From IMG/VR virus record IMGVR_UViG_3300045988_088194: a stretch of DNA of 64,000 bases. The stretch is one strand, 5' to 3'. Of this stretch, positions 9,301 through 16,857 are shown piece by piece. The DNA comes from a virus. The position numbers and the translations under genes are program-made. The notes under the pieces were generated by a model, which worked only from the letters and a program-made list of their open reading frames with translations, was not told the origin of the DNA and did no database searches. The stretch's first letter is position 1. Each line of letters opens with the position of its first letter.

Positions 9301-12300
9301 AAGACCTTGGTCAATGGGGAACAGCAGCCTCTGCCATAGGTACAACAGCAGACAGTGTCACAAGAGACTTCTTCAAAGGTGAGCTGAAAGATGAATATCC
9401 AAACTTGTCAGATAAGGACCTTTCCTTTCTCAAGCATGACTTGAAGAGCCTTAGGAACTTCTTTGACAAGAAGTTTGGAAAGGACAAATATACAGTAGTG
9501 ACTGAAGAGTTCCCAATAGCCTCAAAGTATACATACACTGACAAGGATGGAAAACTTAAGGGAGGTGTAATGGCAGGAACTATGGATATGCTTATCTATG
9601 ATAATGAAGGTAACTTCTATATCTATGATATGAAGACTTCAAGAAGTGGTCTCAATGAGAACAAGGTTGCTGGATATGCAAAGCAGCTGACACTCTATAA
9701 GGCTATTCTTGAGGCCAATTATCCAGAGCTGAGAGGCAAGATAAAGGAGCTTAAACTTATTCAGTTTAGGGTAGGTTATCCACAACCTGGAGCTGACTTC
9801 ATCTATTCAGCAACTGATGGTCAGTTATATCTTAATAATGTTCCTATTCAGGAGACTGAAGACTACTATGCACCTCACTTGGATTTTACTGGAAACAGTC
9901 TTGACAATCAGGTGCTTGTTCCAGTAGAACCTGTAAGTATGGATATTCACTTTGAAGGTATGACTGAAGATGAGGTAGAATCAATGAGGGAGGAAACAAG
10001 AGAGCCAGAGAGTACTGAGTTCTCACAGAATGAAGTAGATAGCCAGAGAGATAACCTCTATGGAAACCCTCTGCTTTCAGCTACAGAGAGAACATTCCTT
10101 GCTAACAATGTAATGAGTCTTACTTCCTTTATTGTTACTCACTTACAGACAAATCCTGAGGCTAATCAGTTCTATTTTGGAGACCAATTCAGTAGGCTCA
10201 ACTTTACTAAGATGTCAAGAGAAGACATCATAAGTACTGTTGGGGTAACAAAGATATTTGAGTATATAAAGGAAAGATGGTATAATCCTGATAACAGGAC
10301 TGACATTGATGATTTTGATACTCTTGACAAGTTACAGATAGCCTATGACAACTGGGCAGCCCTTGTGAAGTCTGCCTATGCAAAACTTATAACTCTTGAA
10401 GGTGTTACAGTAGTTGCTGCAAGACCTGATGAAATAAGTAGAGAGGATATTGAGACCTCTTTTCAAGAACAGATAGATGCTGGTGAACTTGAAGAGAAAG
10501 AAAGGGAGTATTGGCAGCTTGGTATAAGAAACATATCAGCAAGGTCAAGTCTTAGTGGTGATATAAGAAGGTCATTTGAAAGGCTCTTTGCCATAGACTC
10601 CAATGGAAATCCTATAAAGGACAAGTTTGGTTTCAATTTTGATACTTTTGTAGATTCTGGTGTTGCTGTAAATAGTATCCTTGAATGGACCAGAACTGCT
10701 ACAACTGTAGAAGAGATGGAGGAGATACTTGATGGAATGAAGGACTCTTATCCTTGGCTTAACTCTATCCTCAATAAGATAAAGGAAGAACCTTTCAGGT
10801 CTCAATTCTTTCAGAATTTCAGAAAGGACTTTACACAGTATAGTATTGTAACTGTGGAAAGGGATGAGAAAGGAAATAAGGTATATCAGACTCAAATAAT
10901 TAACACTAAGGGAGCATCACAGTCTGTACTTGATGAGATTACTACCTATTATAATTCAGGACTTATGCAGAACATCATAATCACTGCTGATGGTATTGAA
11001 GGTAAGGGTAGGGTTAATGTCAAGAATGTTGAGGCTCTTAAGGCTGAGAAGGACAAAATAGTATCTGACCTTAAGGGTGCATTCACTGCTGTGAGAAAGG
11101 AAGTATATAATAACACTCTCAAGAACTCTGTACCTAAGATTACAAAACTCCTAAATGAGTTAGGAATAAGAGTAGATGCCAAGACAGTCTCTAATACCAT
11201 AGTTGGTAAAGAAAGACCTAAGGACATTAATAACTCCCCAGTAATGAAACTTCTGAGTGAAATGTCCTATATGTTTGATGCCTTGCTATCAAAGAAGGAC
11301 TCTACCTCATATAATCCTCTTCTTAAAGGGGAGGAGAAGAACATCTATGGAAATTATAAATCTATAGTTGGACTTATGAGCAAGTATATTCAGGACAGTA
11401 TTGAGTCATCATCCTATGAGAATGGCAAGATGCACTACTCTTTTGTAACTCCTTCTTATATGGGAAAACTTATTCTCAATCTGAAAGATGCCATTGGCAA
11501 TCCAAGCAAGTTCAATTCATTTATGGAAGAGAATTATGGGTCATATAGATGGTTCAGGGAAGAGGATGGAACTTGGAATAATGCATGGCTTGAGTTGATT
11601 TCTGAAAGTAAGGATGCAAGACAAGGCTTGGAACATAAAGTTCAGTTGTCATTTGATGGAACTCCTTACACTGATTTGAGTGAGTTGGGATATACTCTAT
11701 CTCTTATGAGTGAGTACTTCTATGATAAGGGAAGTAGAGGAAAAGGTCCTCAGTGGGCATGGTACAGAGTTCCTATGCTTTCAAATAAACCTTCTTCCGA
11801 ATTTATAAGGTTCAAGAGATACTCAGGTTCTGAATATAAGAGAAGAATCAAGAGGGGACTCAAAATGGTTCTCAATCAGGAAGTTCTTAGGTTCAGAGCT
11901 GTACTTGAAAGAAGTGTGAATGCAAACATTGAACCTATCTCAAACTTTGATATAAGTTCTAAAGTCCTGAAGAAGAATCCTCAGATTGAGGCTAAGATGA
12001 GAGCTGGAGAACCTCTTACTCATGATGACCTTGTGAAGAATGGAAAACTTATAACTGCTGCAAGTGGAGCTTCCTTTAAGTTCCTTGAAGCTTTCAATCA
12101 AAATATAGTTGAAGGTGATGAGCTTGGAATGATGCTTATAGACAAGATAAATGGTGTCAGTGTAAATGAGGATTCTTTTGACAAGTTAGTCAATCAGAAC
12201 CTTGATTCTTACATGGACATTATAGTAAGCAAGGAGATTTCACAGTGGGAGAAGATTGGTCTATTTGATACAGAGGAAGTCAGAAGGGGCGAAGATGTTG

Positions 12301-15300
12301 AAACAAGATATAAGTACATATCTAATCTTACAAGGTCATACTCAACTATAAAGAAAGAACTGTTTGGAAAGGAGAGAAGACTCTCCAAGGAACAGAAGTC
12401 TGAGATAATGCAGGTTATGGAGTCTGAGGCTAAGGCTAATCTTGAAGAGTATGTATGGAATGATATGTTTGCAACTATAAACATAATCCAACTTACTGCT
12501 ACAGACCTTGCCTATTACAAGAATGTAGAGGACTTCCAGAAGAGGTATGCTCAAGTCCATTCTCCTGCAATGAGATTGAATATAACTGCAAGGGATTCAA
12601 AGGGTAGACTCTATTCTGCTGATGGAATGGAAAGAACCATGTACATTACAGATTATGAGGTAGAGTCTGACATAATTCCTAATGTTGAAGAGATATTTGA
12701 CCAGAGGATTTCTTCAATCTCTGACCCTTCTGAAAAGGCTAACATGAAAATGATGAAGGACCTCATAGTTGATTCTTTCAGGAAGATTAATGTAGCAGAT
12801 GCTCAGGGGTATTCATCACCTACTTCATACAGAAAGAAGATGGGTATGATGGGTAAGTGGTCTGATGAAATGGAAGAGGCTTATAATAGAATCAAGAGAG
12901 GAGACTTCAATGTCAATGACCTTGGTGTTGTCTGGCAGCCCTTAAAACCTTTTGTCTATTCCCAGATTAGGAAACCAGGAGGTTCAGATGCTCTTTCTGA
13001 ACTTAAGGTTCCTGTTCAGAACAAGAACTCTGAATATCTTCTCCTCCTTGCAGATGCACTTATGAGAGGGGGAAAGAAGCAGAGCAAACTTGCTGCTATC
13101 TTTGATTTCATGGAGGAATCTGCCTATGATGGCAGAGAGACCCAATTCAATCCAAAGACCAACACTTATGAGGTTGTAAAGGAAGGTACATACAATGGAA
13201 AGGGTATTGATACTGTCCAGTTTGAATCATCTGTGAAGTCAGGAAAGTCTGGAGTTGTGAACATAAATAAGGTAGAATCATATGAGGAAATTAAGAATAT
13301 CCTTAATGAGGCTACATATATCAATTCTGACAGAACTGCTTCTTCTGATAATAATAATGACAGATATAATGTCAATTACATCCATACAATCCCTTTTGAA
13401 GATTATGGCATTCAGCAGGAAGTTCCTGCCCACTTGGTAGACCATGAGCAGCTCATGGGTTCTCAGATGAGAATACTTAGTATAAGTGACATTACCCCAG
13501 GTACTGAGTTCCAGATAGGAGATGAACATCTTAAGAGTGATGAACTTATCAGTGAGTATCAGAATCTTATAAAAGAAAACATTGAGCAGAGTTTTGAAAG
13601 ACTGTGTAAAGATTTCAAGGTCAGAGGAACAAGGCTTGAAAGGAATAAGGCACTTGAGAAAATACTTCAGGAAGCTATTGAAAAGGACCAGAGGTATGGT
13701 GCTGATATACAGAGAGCTTGTTCTCTTGATAAGAATGGAGAATTTATAATCCCACTTAGTGACCCTATACAGTCTATCAGAATACAGCAACTTCTCAATT
13801 CTATTATAAAGAGCAGGATAAACAAGCAGAAGGTAACTGGTGGTCCAGTAGTTCAGGCTTCAGTATTTGGTATGTCAGATGACCTTTCAATAAGATTCAA
13901 GGACAAAGATGGAAATCTCATTGAAACTTATAGTGAGTTTGTAGAGAAGAGGGGTTTCTCAAAGGATAAATCTTCAGCAGCTAAATATAAGAAGTTCATT
14001 AATGACAAACAGGCTTCTGTGGCATACTTTGAGTGCTATATGCCTATTCCTTCTTCTGAACTTGAAGAAGCTCTTACAAGATATGATAAGGATGGACATG
14101 CATACATAATATCAATGGAAGAAGCAGTTAAGGAAGGTATAATTCCTGAAGAAATGAGAAAGGCTATTGGATATAGAATTCCTACAGAGGATAAGTATTC
14201 TATGGCTCCTCTCTATATAAAAGGATTTCTTCCTAAAGCAGCTGGAGAGGCAGTGATGCTCCCTAAAGAGATTACTCTTCTTTCAGGTTCTGACTTTGAT
14301 ATTGACAAGCTGTATGTGATGCTTAAGACTTTCACTCTCAAGAGGAGAACTGATTGGGGTAAACTTGAAAAAGATATTCTCAAATCAAGCAAGGCTAAAG
14401 GAGAAGAGAGAAAGAAGAGAAAGGAAGCCTTGAGGATAGTCATTGAGCAGATTAAGGCTGGAATGGAGTTTAGTGAAGGCACCTTTGAAATGGCTGTGCA
14501 TGACTATTATTATGACCATAGAGACAGGTATGATAGAGCTTCTTTTGAACTGTCTGATGGTGGTACTGATAGAAGGAACAACAGGATATTTGACCTTCAG
14601 TGGGCTGTTCTCACTAACCCTGACACAATGAGCAAGATGTTTAATCCTGGTTCATTTGATGTACAGAAGAAGACTGCAAGAATTGTAAGGATACTTCAGG
14701 AGACAAAGGGTCATACCTATCAGGAGTTGAGCAAGCTTAATCTTGACCAGCTTGATGAAATACTTGACTCTTCAACTGACAGGAATATCATCTACTCAAC
14801 TTCTCAGGTGTACTTCCATAAGCAGAATATGACTGCTGGCAAGTTGATTGGTATATTTGCTAATAATAACACCAGTCACGCATTTATTTCTATGCAGGGA
14901 ATAGACTTAAAGTTAGGAGATGACCTTAAGTTTACATTTGATGGAGTCACAGTAGATGAGAATCAAAATAATAGATTGGACCCACTGAAAGGAAAAAATG
15001 GTAGTTTAATTAGTAAAACTATTGCAGGTTTTCTTGCAGCCTCTGTGGATGCTGTGAAGGACCCAGTACTTAACTTTATGAATCTTAATACATTTACTTC
15101 TGGACCAGCAATGGTTCTGGCAAGACTTGGTTTTGATTCTGACAGTATAGGTCTGCTTCTCTCTCAGCCTATTATAAGAAGGGTGACTGATGAATACTTC
15201 AGGAGGAACAATGAGGGTTACATCTCAGCTGAGGACCTAATTGATGAGTTTCTTGAACAGGACAAGAATGCAAAGGGTTATGAAAAGACTCTTACTCTAA

Positions 15301-16856
15301 CTAACTTCTCTAAAGAAGAACTTGCTCAGGGTATATCACTTAATAGTGATAAAGGAGACTTTCAGACAAGAGCACTTATTTTGTTCAAGAGGTTGTCAAA
15401 AATATCACAGGACTTTGGCACACTTACATTCCTTACTAAGTTCAACTCAGTAACCAATGCTGTTGGTCCAACCATTGCAGATACCCTTGTAATGAAGCAG
15501 AGATATAAGAAGTTCCTTGACAAGTTTGAGGATGGCAATGCAATCTTCTCAGATAATGCAAAGAATGTCATTCAGAACTCTCCTATTCTTGATGCCTTCT
15601 ATACAACCACAGTATCTGATACTGGGGCTTCTCAGTTGATATTCCAGGGATATTTCCCTCAGTACTCTGATAAATTCAATCAGGTTCTTGGAAAGTTCAG
15701 AGAAACCACAAAGGCAAATGTAGATAGCAAGACTATCAATTCCCTTGTCAGTGACTTTGTTCTTTACAAACTTACTGGAGGACCAAACCCAGTTCTTAAT
15801 TCAGATGGAAAGGTAAGAGAAGAGTTCATCCATGACTTTATAGTAGAGTTTAAGGAGAAGGCTGCTGGAATAGTAGATAATGAACTTATCAAGATTATAA
15901 CTGTTAAACCTTCTACTGGAAAATGTCCTGTTCCAACTTTGGAAGCAAAGACTGGTGGATATACTCAGGATGTTCAAGAGAGAGTAAGAGATGCTTGGAC
16001 AAATCTTATAACAAATGAAAGTACAAGAGACCTTGGAGTCAAACTATTCTTCTACAATATGTACAGAACAGGACTTTCATTCAGTCCTAAGACTTTCCTT
16101 CACCTTGCTTCAACTGATGTGAAACTTGCAATTCCAGGATATGTTGAAAGTATTAGGGATATCAATTATAATGACTCCTTTGATGTGAATGACTTCCTTC
16201 TTCAGTATAGAAGGAATCATACAGACAACTTCAGGGTTGTTCCTCATATAACACAGAGAAAGGGAATTGCATCTTCTATCACTGAAGATAGAGCTGGTAA
16301 CAGGAAGATAACCTTCACATTTGCTTCAGACAGTGCTTCTTCACAGTTCATTGTCAAGAAGGTAAAAAGGGGAAGTGGAAAAGTATCTACTAAAGAGACA
16401 ATAGCTGCTCCTGTTATCCTCTATAATGATAAGGTGTATTTCAATCCTGAAATCAACTCAGATGGTTCTATTACTTATACTGAAACAACAACTCTTGGTA
16501 ATACCAACAACTTCCTTGAATATGATATGAATGAATCTGGAAGTGAGATAAGAACTTCTATTCAGAGAACTTCTGAAGAAGATGTACATGAGAAGGAGGT
16601 TCAGGAGTCTCCAGCAAGAGAAGTTCCTGAGGATGATGGAGAGACTGAAGCAGTAGAGCTCTCAGAGACTGATATTGAGAATATACTCAGTGAGATATTT
16701 GATGAGGGTGAACTGGACAGTCTTATGACATCTCTTGTCAAAGGACAATCAAAGAAGGTAGACAAGTATAAGAGTATGATTGAAGAGCACACAGACTCTG
16801 AGACTGCTTCTAAGGTTATGAAGAAAATGATAGATATTGTAAAGGGAATTTGCTAA
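6333..16856 (+). CDS. giant multidomain protein (3,507 aa): polyvalent-protein-like N-terminal modules + PD-(D/E)xK nuclease signature + crAss-type two-barrel RNA polymerase
   Basis: Single uninterrupted ORF. Motifs are listed in the sub-features below. The key RNAP evidence is a beta-prime-like DPBB loop YRIPTEDKYSMAP...LLSGSDFDIDKLYVML. Confidence 0.8.
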   Translation: MACVNTKEKSFKELVSKYGASSGTVENAIKIYMDKNNLETYDTNSQDFIDHMDSYFQLKSSNFYSSKGKYNRAHALWEKINPTQNVADIKTATKEYNALVEIFGENNVTVFETSDGGFRVRAAEPIFGDGITSDKKLLKEMSDILSKAPRDKNGNLLAPNGKKSNLTERQYAQVRTKAFKEWFGDWETLAEGHNKKLNLPDKPSGLTDTWIKDNIVEFKGLSTGTKYNIGYSGGRYFIVININGINVPFYKSSGLGGKKNVEAGKWYPFFGISKKGWLNKTTEEEINNYYNSQVLELISNKLDSLFNNEDYGIEIVNGIPVKKGKQANNAIDLNFTDGEKVINKDLNPTENHKDNTVNIVNSNIEKVKRSISYTTLNNKVSKVVDENGEPLVVYHYTDNESLTKFSTEFDNYFSKEGGTKKAIFFTTDNVVPGSEDNFLTNRKAKLALFLNIKNLEEFHGTKEDLHKQGTSYREIVNKSSERAGLENGIVFTGFDDNKKENQTIYVVHNPNQIKSATSNTGAFSKINDRIDDFESNVKVTVEYTPIGKSRQTYTIRGNKIFNKEGKEVFKTDSVDRNKIFANLAVQQGRAVVVNHKNKEYVVNNRNQIISVTTGKMMQWDEKNGDRNAIIKAAQEKFSKNKPSESIQKSASFNWGRTSDNNYEVSSKGDKRFSALNATFKKGTVIDGVDVGGMTIEDVYQKVIKKSGKGKAPAVDSKLNISYRVSTEGITKQYGVVIDKNLKRNYSEWQNANPNGIVAYRVNYSKYNTPEEAQAGRIGNPFSEGIGQANKGEDTVQKFFIWLTTGNNFGNPKATEEYRQAILHKLISTPKGTNILYYTELNRPSHATVLGYLINHKEFITNYKDSAEDFSYTEGYLPLWQEWAKQNPELIEELRTKAAGKTLTDQFANTRVSQARALADILNSTNTKSETIEEAPIFEEENNNMQSAKELVDRMIADSREHIKFNKEDHSYIVDGKKADTSVTQFIHGKKDLGQWGTAASAIGTTADSVTRDFFKGELKDEYPNLSDKDLSFLKHDLKSLRNFFDKKFGKDKYTVVTEEFPIASKYTYTDKDGKLKGGVMAGTMDMLIYDNEGNFYIYDMKTSRSGLNENKVAGYAKQLTLYKAILEANYPELRGKIKELKLIQFRVGYPQPGADFIYSATDGQLYLNNVPIQETEDYYAPHLDFTGNSLDNQVLVPVEPVSMDIHFEGMTEDEVESMREETREPESTEFSQNEVDSQRDNLYGNPLLSATERTFLANNVMSLTSFIVTHLQTNPEANQFYFGDQFSRLNFTKMSREDIISTVGVTKIFEYIKERWYNPDNRTDIDDFDTLDKLQIAYDNWAALVKSAYAKLITLEGVTVVAARPDEISREDIETSFQEQIDAGELEEKEREYWQLGIRNISARSSLSGDIRRSFERLFAIDSNGNPIKDKFGFNFDTFVDSGVAVNSILEWTRTATTVEEMEEILDGMKDSYPWLNSILNKIKEEPFRSQFFQNFRKDFTQYSIVTVERDEKGNKVYQTQIINTKGASQSVLDEITTYYNSGLMQNIIITADGIEGKGRVNVKNVEALKAEKDKIVSDLKGAFTAVRKEVYNNTLKNSVPKITKLLNELGIRVDAKTVSNTIVGKERPKDINNSPVMKLLSEMSYMFDALLSKKDSTSYNPLLKGEEKNIYGNYKSIVGLMSKYIQDSIESSSYENGKMHYSFVTPSYMGKLILNLKDAIGNPSKFNSFMEENYGSYRWFREEDGTWNNAWLELISESKDARQGLEHKVQLSFDGTPYTDLSELGYTLSLMSEYFYDKGSRGKGPQWAWYRVPMLSNKPSSEFIRFKRYSGSEYKRRIKRGLKMVLNQEVLRFRAVLERSVNANIEPISNFDISSKVLKKNPQIEAKMRAGEPLTHDDLVKNGKLITAASGASFKFLEAFNQNIVEGDELGMMLIDKINGVSVNEDSFDKLVNQNLDSYMDIIVSKEISQWEKIGLFDTEEVRRGEDVETRYKYISNLTRSYSTIKKELFGKERRLSKEQKSEIMQVMESEAKANLEEYVWNDMFATINIIQLTATDLAYYKNVEDFQKRYAQVHSPAMRLNITARDSKGRLYSADGMERTMYITDYEVESDIIPNVEEIFDQRISSISDPSEKANMKMMKDLIVDSFRKINVADAQGYSSPTSYRKKMGMMGKWSDEMEEAYNRIKRGDFNVNDLGVVWQPLKPFVYSQIRKPGGSDALSELKVPVQNKNSEYLLLLADALMRGGKKQSKLAAIFDFMEESAYDGRETQFNPKTNTYEVVKEGTYNGKGIDTVQFESSVKSGKSGVVNINKVESYEEIKNILNEATYINSDRTASSDNNNDRYNVNYIHTIPFEDYGIQQEVPAHLVDHEQLMGSQMRILSISDITPGTEFQIGDEHLKSDELISEYQNLIKENIEQSFERLCKDFKVRGTRLERNKALEKILQEAIEKDQRYGADIQRACSLDKNGEFIIPLSDPIQSIRIQQLLNSIIKSRINKQKVTGGPVVQASVFGMSDDLSIRFKDKDGNLIETYSEFVEKRGFSKDKSSAAKYKKFINDKQASVAYFECYMPIPSSELEEALTRYDKDGHAYIISMEEAVKEGIIPEEMRKAIGYRIPTEDKYSMAPLYIKGFLPKAAGEAVMLPKEITLLSGSDFDIDKLYVMLKTFTLKRRTDWGKLEKDILKSSKAKGEERKKRKEALRIVIEQIKAGMEFSEGTFEMAVHDYYYDHRDRYDRASFELSDGGTDRRNNRIFDLQWAVLTNPDTMSKMFNPGSFDVQKKTARIVRILQETKGHTYQELSKLNLDQLDEILDSSTDRNIIYSTSQVYFHKQNMTAGKLIGIFANNNTSHAFISMQGIDLKLGDDLKFTFDGVTVDENQNNRLDPLKGKNGSLISKTIAGFLAASVDAVKDPVLNFMNLNTFTSGPAMVLARLGFDSDSIGLLLSQPIIRRVTDEYFRRNNEGYISAEDLIDEFLEQDKNAKGYEKTLTLTNFSKEELAQGISLNSDKGDFQTRALILFKRLSKISQDFGTLTFLTKFNSVTNAVGPTIADTLVMKQRYKKFLDKFEDGNAIFSDNAKNVIQNSPILDAFYTTTVSDTGASQLIFQGYFPQYSDKFNQVLGKFRETTKANVDSKTINSLVSDFVLYKLTGGPNPVLNSDGKVREEFIHDFIVEFKEKAAGIVDNELIKIITVKPSTGKCPVPTLEAKTGGYTQDVQERVRDAWTNLITNESTRDLGVKLFFYNMYRTGLSFSPKTFLHLASTDVKLAIPGYVESIRDINYNDSFDVNDFLLQYRRNHTDNFRVVPHITQRKGIASSITEDRAGNRKITFTFASDSASSQFIVKKVKRGSGKVSTKETIAAPVILYNDKVYFNPEINSDGSITYTETTTLGNTNNFLEYDMNESGSEIRTSIQRTSEEDVHEKEVQESPAREVPEDDGETEAVELSETDIENILSEIFDEGELDSLMTSLVKGQSKKVDKYKSMIEEHTDSETASKVMKKMIDIVKGIC
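6781..6895 (+). other. domain: FGDWE-motif module typical of large polyvalent proteins
   Basis: DKNGNLLAPNGKKSNLTERQYAQVRTKAFKEWFGDWE. I recall this P-N-G-K-x-S-N-L...F-K-x-W-F-G-D-W-E string as recurrent in giant proteins of conjugative elements and phages. Recognised from memory only. Confidence 0.4.
7480..7910 (+). other. domain: ART-like module of polyvalent proteins (putative ADP-ribosyltransferase fold)
   Basis: VVDENGEPLVVYHYTDNESLTKFSTEFD...KKAIFFTTDN...LFLNIKNL...IYVVHNPNQIKSATSNTGAFS resembles the pattern (vvYHGT..f..Fd...g.YFt...l.ikNp...v....nQIKSA..N.G.F) that I associate with ART-PolyVal domains. Confidence 0.45.
8655..8900 (+). other. domain: DUF4326-like module
   Basis: GRIGNPFSEG...DTVQKFFIWLTTG...YRQAILHKLISTPKGTNILYYTELNRPSHATVLGYLINH follows the DUF4326 layout (GNPF...wl...L.gk.L.C.C....CHa.vL..l) but lacks the Cys residues. 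A YEVSSKGDKRFSALNA module precedes it (8285-8470). Confidence 0.4.
9235..9780 (+). other. domain: PD-(D/E)xK (RecB/Cas4/YqaJ-like) nuclease signature
   Basis: Ordered motifs: HSYIVDGKKADTSVTQF, GTTADSVTRDFF, MAGTMDML (GxxD), FYIYDMKTS (DxK), YAKQLTLYKAIL (QxxxY). Confidence 0.6.
14165..14330 (+). other. domain: beta-prime-like double-psi beta-barrel catalytic loop (DxDxD = DFDID, nt 14292-14306, aa 2654-2658)
   Basis: IGYRIPTEDKYSMAPLYIKGFLPKAAGEAVMLPKEITLLSGSDFDIDKLYVML parallels bacterial beta-prime NRAPTLHRLGIQAF...AFNADFDGDQMAVH (RxPT ... [AS]DFDxD). Confidence 0.65.
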
Positions 16857-16857
16857 T

